DNA of 64,000 nucleotides from Nitrospirota bacterium (GTDB lineage Bacteria; Nitrospirota; Leptospirillia; Leptospirillales; Leptospirillaceae): NCBI GenBank assembly GCA_021801345.1, contig JAJYYA010000022.1, positions 1,594 to 65,593 of the forward strand, read 5' to 3'. Shown piece by piece: positions 1 to 8,119 of this stretch (position 1 is its first letter; each line of letters starts with the position of its first letter). The notes under the pieces were generated by a model. It saw only the letters and a program-made list of their open reading frames with translations, ran no database searches and was not told where the DNA came from. The position numbers and the translations under genes were made by a program.

Positions 1-315
1 GCCGCCAGAGTTTCGATCCTTTGGGAGTAACCAGGAGATAGAGTCCTTGTCCATCCGTTAACTTGTATGGCTTGTCTTTTGGTCTCGCATTCCTGATTTC
101 AGTGTCTGTAAGCGTCATTTTTCGGTCACTTCCTTCGATTTTGGGGGTATCGTCTTCCGGGTGTGGGTACGATACCCCCAAAAATACCCCCAATTCCACC
201 AGCTGTCAACGGACACTATCGGACGACAGAAGACAGGAAGACATAAAAAAATCCATTTTTTACGATGGCTTCTTGTTTTCTATTGGATGTTGTCGGACGA
301 TAAAAAACCATAGGA

Positions 316-391
316 TGGTAGGCGGAGCGGGGATCGAACCCGCGACAACAGCTGTGTAAGAGCTGCGCTCTACCGACTGAGCTATCCGCCT
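316..391 (-). tRNA. tRNA-Val (anticodon TAC)
   Basis: The reverse complement folds as a cloverleaf. Acceptor AGGCGGA/TCCGCCT is 7 bp. D-arm is GCTC..GAGC. Anticodon stem CAGCT/AGCTG has loop CTTACAC. T-arm is GCGGG-TTCGATC-CCCGC. Discriminator A and CCA are encoded. Confidence 0.93.
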
Positions 392-834
392 GGCAGGAGA
401 GAAGGTTCGGAAAGGGGAGGAGGAAGAGCCGCCTCTTCGCAGGGAGACAGGAGTTGCAGGACCTCTTCCGGAAGAGAGACCACACGCCCCGACTCGTCGA
501 CCGGAACGAGAAGCGTGGAGCCCAGGGCCGCCACCGCCCCGGAGGAGGTCTCGGTCACGCGGTAGGAAAACTCGAGGATGCGGCGCCCGACCCTGACAAG
601 ACGGGTTTCGATGGATGCGAGATCGTCGTATTTGAGGCTGCCCGTATAGCGGCACTCGAGCTTGGCAACCACAAGAAAAATGCCCCCCTCCTCCATCGCC
701 CGATAGTCGAAGCCCATGCCGCGACAATACTCCGCCCGCCCCATCTCGAACCAGACAGGATAGTGGGAGTGATGGGCCCGTTTCTGGGCATCGGTCTCGG
801 AGTAGCGGACCCGGAAGGGGGTGACAATAGCCAT
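382..834 (-). CDS. acyl-CoA thioesterase, YbgC/4-hydroxybenzoyl-CoA thioesterase (hotdog) family
   Basis: 150-aa ORF. The N-terminus FRVRYSETDAQKRAHHSHYPVWFEMGRAEY and the ...FLVVAKLECRY segment are typical of 4HBT-type thioesterases. The 3' end overlaps the tRNA by 10 nt. Confidence 0.8.
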   Translation of the reverse strand: MAIVTPFRVRYSETDAQKRAHHSHYPVWFEMGRAEYCRGMGFDYRAMEEGGIFLVVAKLECRYTGSLKYDDLASIETRLVRVGRRILEFSYRVTETSSGAVAALGSTLLVPVDESGRVVSLPEEVLQLLSPCEEAALPPPLSEPSLLPGG

Positions 835-1186
835 ATCTGAACTCCTGTCCGCGCATTCCCCTTGCTTGGTCCGTAGGACAAGAGGGGGGCAAACGGACCA
901 ATTTTTGGCTTTTCTTTCTCGACCCCACTATACTGTTTTCCATGCGACGTGCCGATAGGCGCGTGCCCGCAAAGCGGGCAACTAGGGCAGGAGTCCTGCG
1001 TCAAAGCCTCCGGAGAAGACGATAAGACGCAAAGGCCCAAACGCCTTCGCGCATCCTCGGCGAAAGAGGAACGTTCGGTCGCGAGACCGGAAACCCCCAC
1101 ACCAGCGTTAGCTTAGTGGCGGGAGCGTTCATATCTTGCCACCGGAGCCTTCGGATTTCAAGAGGCACTCGAAAAAATCCCCGATC

Positions 1187-1789
1187 CTACCACATCATGG
1201 GCATCATGGGTCCCATCATATAGGGATCCATCATGCCGGGATCCATGAATCCCGGATTCATCATCATCGGATCGGGCGGAGGCGGCGGGGCCTCGGCATG
1301 GAGATGGATCGCCCGGACAAGCGGGATCCGCTTCGTACTGGACGCTCCCATCGCCACCCGCATGGGTGCGCGGATCGTCCCGATCACCTCCACCGTGTGG
1401 TCCGCCACGAAGCGGTCGTGAGGGAGAGGCATGTCGGTCTCGATGGCAAAGTCTCCCCGGGACTGCTGTCCCGTCTCCGGCAAAAACCGCCGGTTGAGGG
1501 GATACTCCCGGACAAAGATGAGGGAGAGAGGGGTTCCGCGGCGTACCGAGATGATCTTGCCTCCGAGAACCACCCGCTGCCCCTCCATGGACTTCAGGTG
1601 GTGGTCCACGTCGCGGAAGAGGATCTCCCGGTCTGTCCGGGCCATTTCCGCCTTCGTAAAGGGGGGGGAGGACTCAAAGAGAGAGCAGGCCGAAAGGGCG
1701 CTGCCCGTTCCGAGAAGCCCCAGAACGAGCAGGGCTCTTGCCGCCGCCACAGCCGTCGATTTTTTTGATTTGTTCACGTCTTCCTCCAT
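1187..1789 (-). CDS. slp: Slp-family outer-membrane lipoprotein with a Met/Pro-rich C-terminal tail
   Basis: The internal ATG at 1789 has SD GAGGAGG 5 nt upstream. Signal peptide plus lipobox LSAC is present. The core GQRVVLGGKIISV...SRGDFAIE...VEVIGTI resembles Slp OB-fold proteins. The tail is DPMMMNPGFMDPGMMDPYMMGPMMPMMW. Confidence 0.7.
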   Translation of the reverse strand: MEEDVNKSKKSTAVAAARALLVLGLLGTGSALSACSLFESSPPFTKAEMARTDREILFRDVDHHLKSMEGQRVVLGGKIISVRRGTPLSLIFVREYPLNRRFLPETGQQSRGDFAIETDMPLPHDRFVADHTVEVIGTIRAPMRVAMGASSTKRIPLVRAIHLHAEAPPPPPDPMMMNPGFMDPGMMDPYMMGPMMPMMW

Positions 1790-1935
1790 TTTGACCTCCT
1801 CATTCCCGACCCGAAAGCGGGGCAGTAGTCCCCCCGTCTCCGGGTCGGAGTCCGACTCCGTCTCGTCCAGAGAATCCCCCTCCGGAACGACGAAATTCGC
1901 CGACATTTTTAGTGTTTAAATACAAGCTCTTGCCC

Positions 1936-4900
1936 CTATTCCGCCGACACTTCGTAGGGGATCCCGGGACGAAGTTTTTTGAGGACAAGCCGTCCCGACC
2001 CGTCCGATCGGACAGTGCGCCCCCCCGCGGACTTTTCCCCGGAGTTCCTGACCCTGTAGGAGGTCGAGGGCGACAATCCCCGAAAGACCACCCGGTCCCC
2101 CTTCCCCCATCCATTATAGACGAAAGAAAAGCCCTTGCGCGAAAGCCCCCCCGACAGGGAGACAACCCCTGTGGCCCGCGAAAGAGAGGGGATCGTCGGA
2201 GCCGTCCGGGTCAAGACAAGACGTGCCGACGGTCGACCCGTCGCGAGATAGAGATAGAGACTCCCCCCCCGATGCCGGTAGCCGATCACTCCCCGGGAAC
2301 GGGCAAGGTCGGGATAGACCGAGCCGGCATGGTCGAAGCGCACGGTCGTGTCGCGCCCGTAGTTCGAAACACGGTAGATCCTCCCGACCTCCTTGTCAGG
2401 CAGTCGCTTCACGTCGATGCGGGCCCCGATATACCCTTTTTCCACCTCGACGAACTCGGAGGAATAGAGCGGGGCAATGGACTGGGTCGAGACCCAGTCG
2501 AGGACCTGCCGGAGGGCGTTCAGCGCCGATTCCCGCTGGCCGGCATAAAAATGGAAGTAGACATCGATGGGGTCGACGCGCCGGGGACGGTCGGTCCGAA
2601 AAAAGGTCTTCGTGACGTTCAGATAGCCGTAGTAGGGCCCCTTCCAGTCGTTGGTCAGGATGTAGTCGTTCACATCGCTGTTGAAGTACTGAATATAGGG
2701 CCCCACCCGCCTGAAGTAGGGAAAGACGAAGGTATAGGAAGGAGCATTGTCGTCGAACCGGGTATCCGAGCCATTGAGATTTAAAACCCCGGTCCCGGCA
2801 AGCTCTTTTAGCGCATCGGCTCCCGGACGCGTGTCACCGCTCCACTGAAGGACCCGGACCTTCTTCCCCGGAGGAAGAAGATGGCGGTCGATATAGTCGA
2901 TGGATCCCCGGATCTCCGTGCGGAAATTAAGATGGTAATGGGGAACTTCGATGTGGGTCGGCCCTTCGTCCTTCTGATCCTTCGTGGGGACCCAGTAGAA
3001 GGGATGGCTGAAGGTGTGGGATCCGGCCTCCACATTGGGAAGGGCAAAGATCTTTCTCGCCCAGAAGACGCGGCCCGACGATCCCTGCACGCGGGGATCG
3101 ATCTGGCTTGTGATCACAGAAACGGTAAACGGGAGCGACACGGGCTTGAAGATCTTCCGGTAGAGCACCTCGGAAGACATCCGACGCCGCTTGTAGTGGG
3201 AGAGAGTCTCAAAGGCATCGCCGTCAACCTGGCTGTAGAAGATGCGGTCCCCATTTAAGGTCGTAAGATCCATCCGGGGGAAGTCCCGAATATGGAGGAT
3301 CGTCTCGAGAAAACGAAACGGGTTCACAAACCAGAGGGTATGCTCGGCATCGAGGGAGGGCCACCGGATCATGAAGGGGTCGAAGACCATCCCCCCCCAG
3401 GGGGCCACCATCCCGTAGGGGCTCTCGAGCCCCTCGTTTCGGAACTCGCGGCTCTTCACCCCGAGAAAGATCCGGTTGGCAGGAGAGAGGCTTACCAGCG
3501 GCCGGAAGGCGACGGGAGTCAGCGGCAGCGGATACTCGAACCCCGTCAGGGAAGGATCCCGGTGTCCGTAGTCGAGGTCGAAGGGGTTGGTGTCCCAGAC
3601 CCCTTCCTTCTTGAGCCCCATGCGCAGAAGGACCCGGTCCCGGAGGGTTCCGGCCGCCTCGTAGTTCGGGTCGGATTTTTTCCTTTCCGGAAAGTCCTCC
3701 AAGATGGCAAAGGGGATCCGGTGATCGAGAAGCCCCGAAACAAAGCGCCAGAAAGCCAGGGAGTCGGGCAAGGGGTTCCGGTCGATCTGAAGGAAGACCG
3801 CCCGGTAGCGGGAAAGTGTAGCCGGATCAGGGAAGCCCCGGGTCATTTTTCGATAGACCGCATCGAATCCCAGGTAGTTGAGAGGGAACTCCCAGTAAGC
3901 GCGGAAGTTGTTGGCGTCGTCCGACTCCCTGTCCGGCCCGTAGTAGAGGACATAGCAGCTCCGATGGATCCTCTCCCACCCTCCGGAAGAGGCTCGACCT
4001 TCCCCGCCCGAGGCATGGGCCTGGGCGGGCGCGGCCCAGGAGGCGAGAGCCGCCAAAAAAAGAAGGCCGGCCACGGTCGCCTTTTTTGCCCCAGCGGCGG
4101 GAGGAGTATCCGGAAGGACGAGATCCTCCTTCTCTTTGGGGGAGGACTCCTCCTGCGACTCGACACTGGCATAGTCCGGAGGCTTCATGAAGACGCTGAA
4201 CTCGAAGTCGTAGACCCCCCGGTCGACCAGAAAGTACCCGTAGACAGCCGACAGAAGACAGGCGACCAGATACCCCATTCCCTCGAGGCGGGGACTCACG
4301 CTCCAGAGAAGGACGGTCAGCCCGGCGTTCGACAGAAGGAGGACCCAGGCCAGGGCGCTCACCATCTTCTGCTGGTTGAAGTAGAGGAGCAAGGTGAACT
4401 CCATGGTCAGAATCACCTGGCAGAACCCCCCCAGGGCCCCCATGCGGAAGACGGGAAGGGCCAGGAGGTCGGCGTGAAAAAGGGAAAGGATCCCGTGGCC
4501 GTTCAAAACCACGACGAAGGTCACCGCCCCCTGGATCTTCAGAATGTACCCGAGCCCCCTCTTGATGAAGGCGACCATCTGCTCCTTGGCCTCGAGCACC
4601 TCGGAGAGGGGCCTTCGACCTTCGAGCAGGACGAAGACCCCGCGGTATCGTTCGTAGAAGCCCGTCTCGAAATAGAAAACGAAGAGCGCAAGCGTCGGGA
4701 TGACCGTCAACAGGGAGAAGAACATGGCGATGTCGTAGAGCCGGTTGACGTGGATGTACCCCACGATTTTTTCCGAGCCGGGACCGTACCAGAAGAGAAT
4801 CTTGTCGACCCAGATGCCGAGCGTCATGACAAAGCCCAGAAGCATGAGACGCGTGCGACGCTTCAGGAAGGAGACGAAGGTCCGGTTCCAGCGGATCGGA

Positions 4901-5541
4901 CCGGGGAACTCCACGAAGATTCTTGCGCCGAGGAGCGCCACGATCACCCCTTCGCCCAGAAGATAGCCGAAGAGGGCCCCGGCCGTCCCCCCGTGGCGGG
5001 CCCCCAGGAGAGTTCCCCCGACGGAGGCGGCCACGCCCATGAGAAAGGCCCCCCCCACCGATCCGTAGTCGTGAAGGGTCGAAACAAGAGATGTTGTGAT
5101 CCAAAGGAATATCAGGACGACAAGAAGTCCGTAGTAGCCGAGGCTCTCCGCAACCCCCAGGTGGAGGGGAAGAACGAGGAGGGCAGACAGAGGAACGCCA
5201 AAGAGAAGGGCCAGGGCGCCTGAGGTCAGGTAGATCGACCGGTTCTCGGTAAAGGTCATCTCGAAGAAGCGGTCGGCCACGAAGCGGGTGGCGGGAAGCT
5301 GAAGGACGGAGACCATCATGAGGGAGGCGAAGAAGGCGAAGGTCACAAGGGACCGAAAAAGGAGATAGTCCCGCACCCGGGTGAAATAGCCCAGGCTCGA
5401 ATAGCTCACCACCAGTAGCCCGATGGTCGTGAGAAGCCAGGGTCCGGCGGCGACGATGGCCGAGAGGATGAAGCCCCCCGCCAATGAGGAGAGGTCCTCC
5501 CGGGAGGCGAGCTTCCGAAGGACAAACCCGATGCCGGCCAC
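1936..5541 (-). CDS. pelG: PelG-like polysaccharide exporter (residues 1-450) fused through an extra TM helix to a periplasmic CE4 polysaccharide deacetylase-like domain
   Basis: 1201-aa ORF with a GTG start that overlaps the pelF stop by 1 nt. The N-terminal half is polytopic and starts MAGIGFVLRKL...FILSAIVAAGPWLL as PelG does. A linker follows (res 452-487), then a hydrophobic helix with AQA-HA (res 488-510). The C-terminal part carries CE4-like motifs VDGDAF (res 772-777) and HTFSH (res 842-846). Confidence 0.75.
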   Translation of the reverse strand: MAGIGFVLRKLASREDLSSLAGGFILSAIVAAGPWLLTTIGLLVVSYSSLGYFTRVRDYLLFRSLVTFAFFASLMMVSVLQLPATRFVADRFFEMTFTENRSIYLTSGALALLFGVPLSALLVLPLHLGVAESLGYYGLLVVLIFLWITTSLVSTLHDYGSVGGAFLMGVAASVGGTLLGARHGGTAGALFGYLLGEGVIVALLGARIFVEFPGPIRWNRTFVSFLKRRTRLMLLGFVMTLGIWVDKILFWYGPGSEKIVGYIHVNRLYDIAMFFSLLTVIPTLALFVFYFETGFYERYRGVFVLLEGRRPLSEVLEAKEQMVAFIKRGLGYILKIQGAVTFVVVLNGHGILSLFHADLLALPVFRMGALGGFCQVILTMEFTLLLYFNQQKMVSALAWVLLLSNAGLTVLLWSVSPRLEGMGYLVACLLSAVYGYFLVDRGVYDFEFSVFMKPPDYASVESQEESSPKEKEDLVLPDTPPAAGAKKATVAGLLFLAALASWAAPAQAHASGGEGRASSGGWERIHRSCYVLYYGPDRESDDANNFRAYWEFPLNYLGFDAVYRKMTRGFPDPATLSRYRAVFLQIDRNPLPDSLAFWRFVSGLLDHRIPFAILEDFPERKKSDPNYEAAGTLRDRVLLRMGLKKEGVWDTNPFDLDYGHRDPSLTGFEYPLPLTPVAFRPLVSLSPANRIFLGVKSREFRNEGLESPYGMVAPWGGMVFDPFMIRWPSLDAEHTLWFVNPFRFLETILHIRDFPRMDLTTLNGDRIFYSQVDGDAFETLSHYKRRRMSSEVLYRKIFKPVSLPFTVSVITSQIDPRVQGSSGRVFWARKIFALPNVEAGSHTFSHPFYWVPTKDQKDEGPTHIEVPHYHLNFRTEIRGSIDYIDRHLLPPGKKVRVLQWSGDTRPGADALKELAGTGVLNLNGSDTRFDDNAPSYTFVFPYFRRVGPYIQYFNSDVNDYILTNDWKGPYYGYLNVTKTFFRTDRPRRVDPIDVYFHFYAGQRESALNALRQVLDWVSTQSIAPLYSSEFVEVEKGYIGARIDVKRLPDKEVGRIYRVSNYGRDTTVRFDHAGSVYPDLARSRGVIGYRHRGGSLYLYLATGRPSARLVLTRTAPTIPSLSRATGVVSLSGGLSRKGFSFVYNGWGKGDRVVFRGLSPSTSYRVRNSGEKSAGGRTVRSDGSGRLVLKKLRPGIPYEVSAE

Positions 5542-7049
5542 TAGAGGCTCCCTCGCCGATAGATCTCCCGGTAGGCGGAAAAGACCGCCTCCTCCCGGTA
5601 GAACCTCTCCATCCGAAGCCTCGCCGCCCGCCCCATCCTCCGGCGGAGATCCTCGTCGCGCAGGAGCCGGAGGATGGAGAGGGCCGTTTCGTCGGGGTTG
5701 CCGACCGTCGTGACGATCCCCCCCGGCCCCAGGAGACGGTCCTCCCGCAGTCTTCCGTTGATGAGCTCGTCGCAGGCCCCGACGCGGGTCGCCACGGTGG
5801 GAACCTCATAGACGGCACCCTCCATGATGACGAGTGGCTGGGCCTCGGAGAGCGAGGTCAACACCAGGAGGTCGAGCCTCGGAAGAACGTCGGAGACCCG
5901 CACCGAACCCGTGAAGGTCACATGGTTTGAAAGCTCGAGGAGCTCCACGAGGTTCTGGCACTCCCTGGCGTATTCGGGATCCTGGTCCATGGGGCCCATG
6001 ATCAGGACCCGGACCGCCGGATACTGGTCGGCCACCAGACGGCACGCCTGAATGAAGGTCTTGACGTCCTTGATGGGAACGACCCGCCCGATGAAGCCCA
6101 CGATGCGCTCCCCCCCCGGCTCCCGCAGGCGGGTCGAGAGCGCGATCGGCTCTCCGATCGCGATTCCGTTTGGGATCACCCGGGTCCGCTCCGGATCGGC
6201 CCCGTCCCGGATCTGGATGCTCCTGTTCCCCTCGAAGAGGGTCACGATCGTATCGGAATAATGGTAGACGATCCGGCCCAGCTGCTCGAAGATCCGCATC
6301 CAGAACCCCTTGATCGTCTCACGGATCGGGCGTACCGTCGCCTCGTCCTGCTGGCTTTGACCGATCCACTGGGCAAGCGCGATCTCGATCTTGCGCTCGC
6401 GGGTGTAGATCCCGTGTTCCGTCAGGACAAACGGACGGCCGTAGGCGAGCTTCCCCATGACCCCGAGCATCCCGGCGTAGCCCGAGGCCAGGGAGTGGTA
6501 GACCCGGGCCGGAGGAAGCGGCGCCGACAGAAGCGCAAAGAGGGGGAGATGGGTGGTCCGCCACATCCAGAAAAAGTCGATGAAGGCCTCGTGCGAGAAC
6601 TGTGCCTCGTAGAACTCCTGGATCAAGGACCAGGCCTGCCGGCCCGAGGAGAGCGTCCGGAAAAGCTCCGGAGTCAGCCCCGTCGATCTGAGATGGGCAA
6701 AGAGCTCTCCGAAGGCCTCGGGCGCCCCGGACAAAAGAGAGCGGTGAAAGAGGCGCAGAAGATCGATGAGCGTCTTTTCCGCCTCGACGGAGAGCATCGG
6801 ACCTTCGGCCTCGAGGGCTTCCGACCCTCCTCCCAGAGAGAGGGTCGTGATGCCGGAGACGTTGTCCGGACGCGGAAAGAGCCAGGGTCCGGGCTCCCGC
6901 TCGGCGATCAGACAGTAGAGGTGGAACCGAAACTCGGGAAGATGGGTGATGAGCTGGTGGGTCCAGGAGGAGACCCCGCCGGTCACGAAGGGATAGGTGC
7001 CCTCGAGGATCAGGCAGACATCGGCCCCTTCCTCATTTCTTTCCGTCAT
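5541..7049 (-). CDS. pelF: PelF glycosyltransferase (GT4)
   Basis: The ATG at 7049 forms an ATGA overlap with the pelE stop. DVCLILEGTYPFVTGGVSSWTHQL is the characteristic PelF N-terminus. A GT4 C-terminal fold pattern is present (LVLTSLSEAQPLVIMEG). Confidence 0.85.
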   Translation of the reverse strand: MTERNEEGADVCLILEGTYPFVTGGVSSWTHQLITHLPEFRFHLYCLIAEREPGPWLFPRPDNVSGITTLSLGGGSEALEAEGPMLSVEAEKTLIDLLRLFHRSLLSGAPEAFGELFAHLRSTGLTPELFRTLSSGRQAWSLIQEFYEAQFSHEAFIDFFWMWRTTHLPLFALLSAPLPPARVYHSLASGYAGMLGVMGKLAYGRPFVLTEHGIYTRERKIEIALAQWIGQSQQDEATVRPIRETIKGFWMRIFEQLGRIVYHYSDTIVTLFEGNRSIQIRDGADPERTRVIPNGIAIGEPIALSTRLREPGGERIVGFIGRVVPIKDVKTFIQACRLVADQYPAVRVLIMGPMDQDPEYARECQNLVELLELSNHVTFTGSVRVSDVLPRLDLLVLTSLSEAQPLVIMEGAVYEVPTVATRVGACDELINGRLREDRLLGPGGIVTTVGNPDETALSILRLLRDEDLRRRMGRAARLRMERFYREEAVFSAYREIYRRGSL

Positions 7050-8119
7050 GAGCTCCCCCCGGAGGAGGTGCCCAGCCAGACCGTCATGTAGTCGGGTAGC
7101 GTCCGTCCCCCCCAAAGCTCCCGGGAGCCGGAGATATCCTCCCGAAGCTCACGGAACCGGCCGGCCTCGTAGAGATTGACCCACTCGAGCCGTTTGAGGT
7201 CGAGGGGGTCGCCCCCGGTCGCAAGCCGCTCTTGCGCCATAAGAAAGACCTCCCTGTTTTGACGGGCGGCGGCGACGTTCGCCACATGGAGAAGCTCCTC
7301 CCGGGAGAGCTGCTCCCCGGCGGAGAGGGCCGCCTTGTAACAGGAGAGGCCCGAGAGGAAGAGACTTCTGGCCAACCGGTCGCCGACTAGGCCCGACTCG
7401 GCATACTCGAGATAGGAGCGGCCGAGCGTCGCGTTCGGGGTCACGGGGTCGGGTCGCTCCCCAAGAGCCCGCGTCTGCTCCTGGAATTTCTTCTCGAGCC
7501 GGGTCAGGATGGTCGTGGCAAAAAGGCGGACCTCGTCGTCCGGGTCGTTCCGGGCCCCCCGGAGAATCCGGATCGCCCGGGGCGTCACCTCGCGGGAGGC
7601 CAGCCGGTCGATCAGGGCTTGTTTGAGAGAGATGTCCCCCCACCGGAGGATATCCCCCGCGGAGACGATCTTCCGGTCGTGGGCGAGGATCTCTTCCAGA
7701 CTGAAGAGCTTGCGCCTGGTGCGGAGCTTCGGAGGGTTGAAGATCATCTCGATCGTCGGATCGTCGGCCAGATAGTCCCTCCTGCGGGACAGGAGGACGG
7801 CAAGAAAGGCCAAAAAAAAGAGCGGAGGTCCGGCAAGAGGCACAAGAAAAGGGACGGCGGCATAGACCGCACGCAGAACGGGCGAGAGAAAGAGCCCTCC
7901 AAAAAGCCAGACCCCCCCACCGAGAAGGGCCGCGAGAAGACTTCCATAACCCCGACCCTCTCCCCGCAGAAGATCCGCGAGGGCCAGCCCCGAAAAGACC
8001 GTGCCGCCCCCCATGAAAAAGAGGACAAACGCGCCCCCAAGCCTCGGACGCCCTGCGAAGAGGGGGAGCAAAGACGGCCTCGGACCTCTTCCGCCGACCG
8101 GCGGCGACTCAGCCTTCAT
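7046..8119 (-). CDS. pelE: PelE-like membrane/helical-repeat protein
   Basis: The call rests on position between the pelD-like gene and pelF. It has N-terminal hydrophobic helices and a C-terminal helical repeat region. The ATG at 8119 overlaps the pelD end by 11 nt. I know no diagnostic motif for this family. Confidence 0.55.
   Translation of the reverse strand: MKAESPPVGGRGPRPSLLPLFAGRPRLGGAFVLFFMGGGTVFSGLALADLLRGEGRGYGSLLAALLGGGVWLFGGLFLSPVLRAVYAAVPFLVPLAGPPLFFLAFLAVLLSRRRDYLADDPTIEMIFNPPKLRTRRKLFSLEEILAHDRKIVSAGDILRWGDISLKQALIDRLASREVTPRAIRILRGARNDPDDEVRLFATTILTRLEKKFQEQTRALGERPDPVTPNATLGRSYLEYAESGLVGDRLARSLFLSGLSCYKAALSAGEQLSREELLHVANVAAARQNREVFLMAQERLATGGDPLDLKRLEWVNLYEAGRFRELREDISGSRELWGGRTLPDYMTVWLGTSSGGSS

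Noticed and set aside
143-179. 11-bp inverted repeat as an intrinsic terminator.
   Set aside because: The flanking runs have the wrong polarity (T-run 5' and A-run 3' on the plus strand), so neither strand has a hairpin followed by U residues.
63-359. 98-aa plus-strand ORF running into the tRNA gene.
   Set aside because: It overlaps the tRNA on the opposite strand, lacks an SD and has no motif.
964-980. The hairpin TGCCCGC-aaa-GCGGGCA shares the core CCGCAAAGCGG with 36136-36146, which could indicate a REP-like dispersed repeat.
   Set aside because: I saw only two short copies. An 11-mer match in GC-rich DNA is not enough evidence, and a genome-wide count is needed.
1095-1170. tRNA-like string GCGTTAGCTTAGTGGCGGGAGCG... 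downstream of slp.
   Set aside because: It has no T-arm (GTTCRANYC) and no acceptor pairing, so a cloverleaf cannot be drawn.
3292-5223. 643-aa plus-strand ORF antisense to the pelG-fusion gene. Similar long antisense ORFs lie at 8310-10598, 12091-15525, 22919-24097, 28776-30380, 33413-34966, 40472-42214, 44207-46129 and 61468-62997.
   Set aside because: These are typical high-GC shadow ORFs. Their translations are Arg/Pro/Gly-rich and low in complexity with no recognisable motifs. The opposite strand encodes proteins with clear family signatures.
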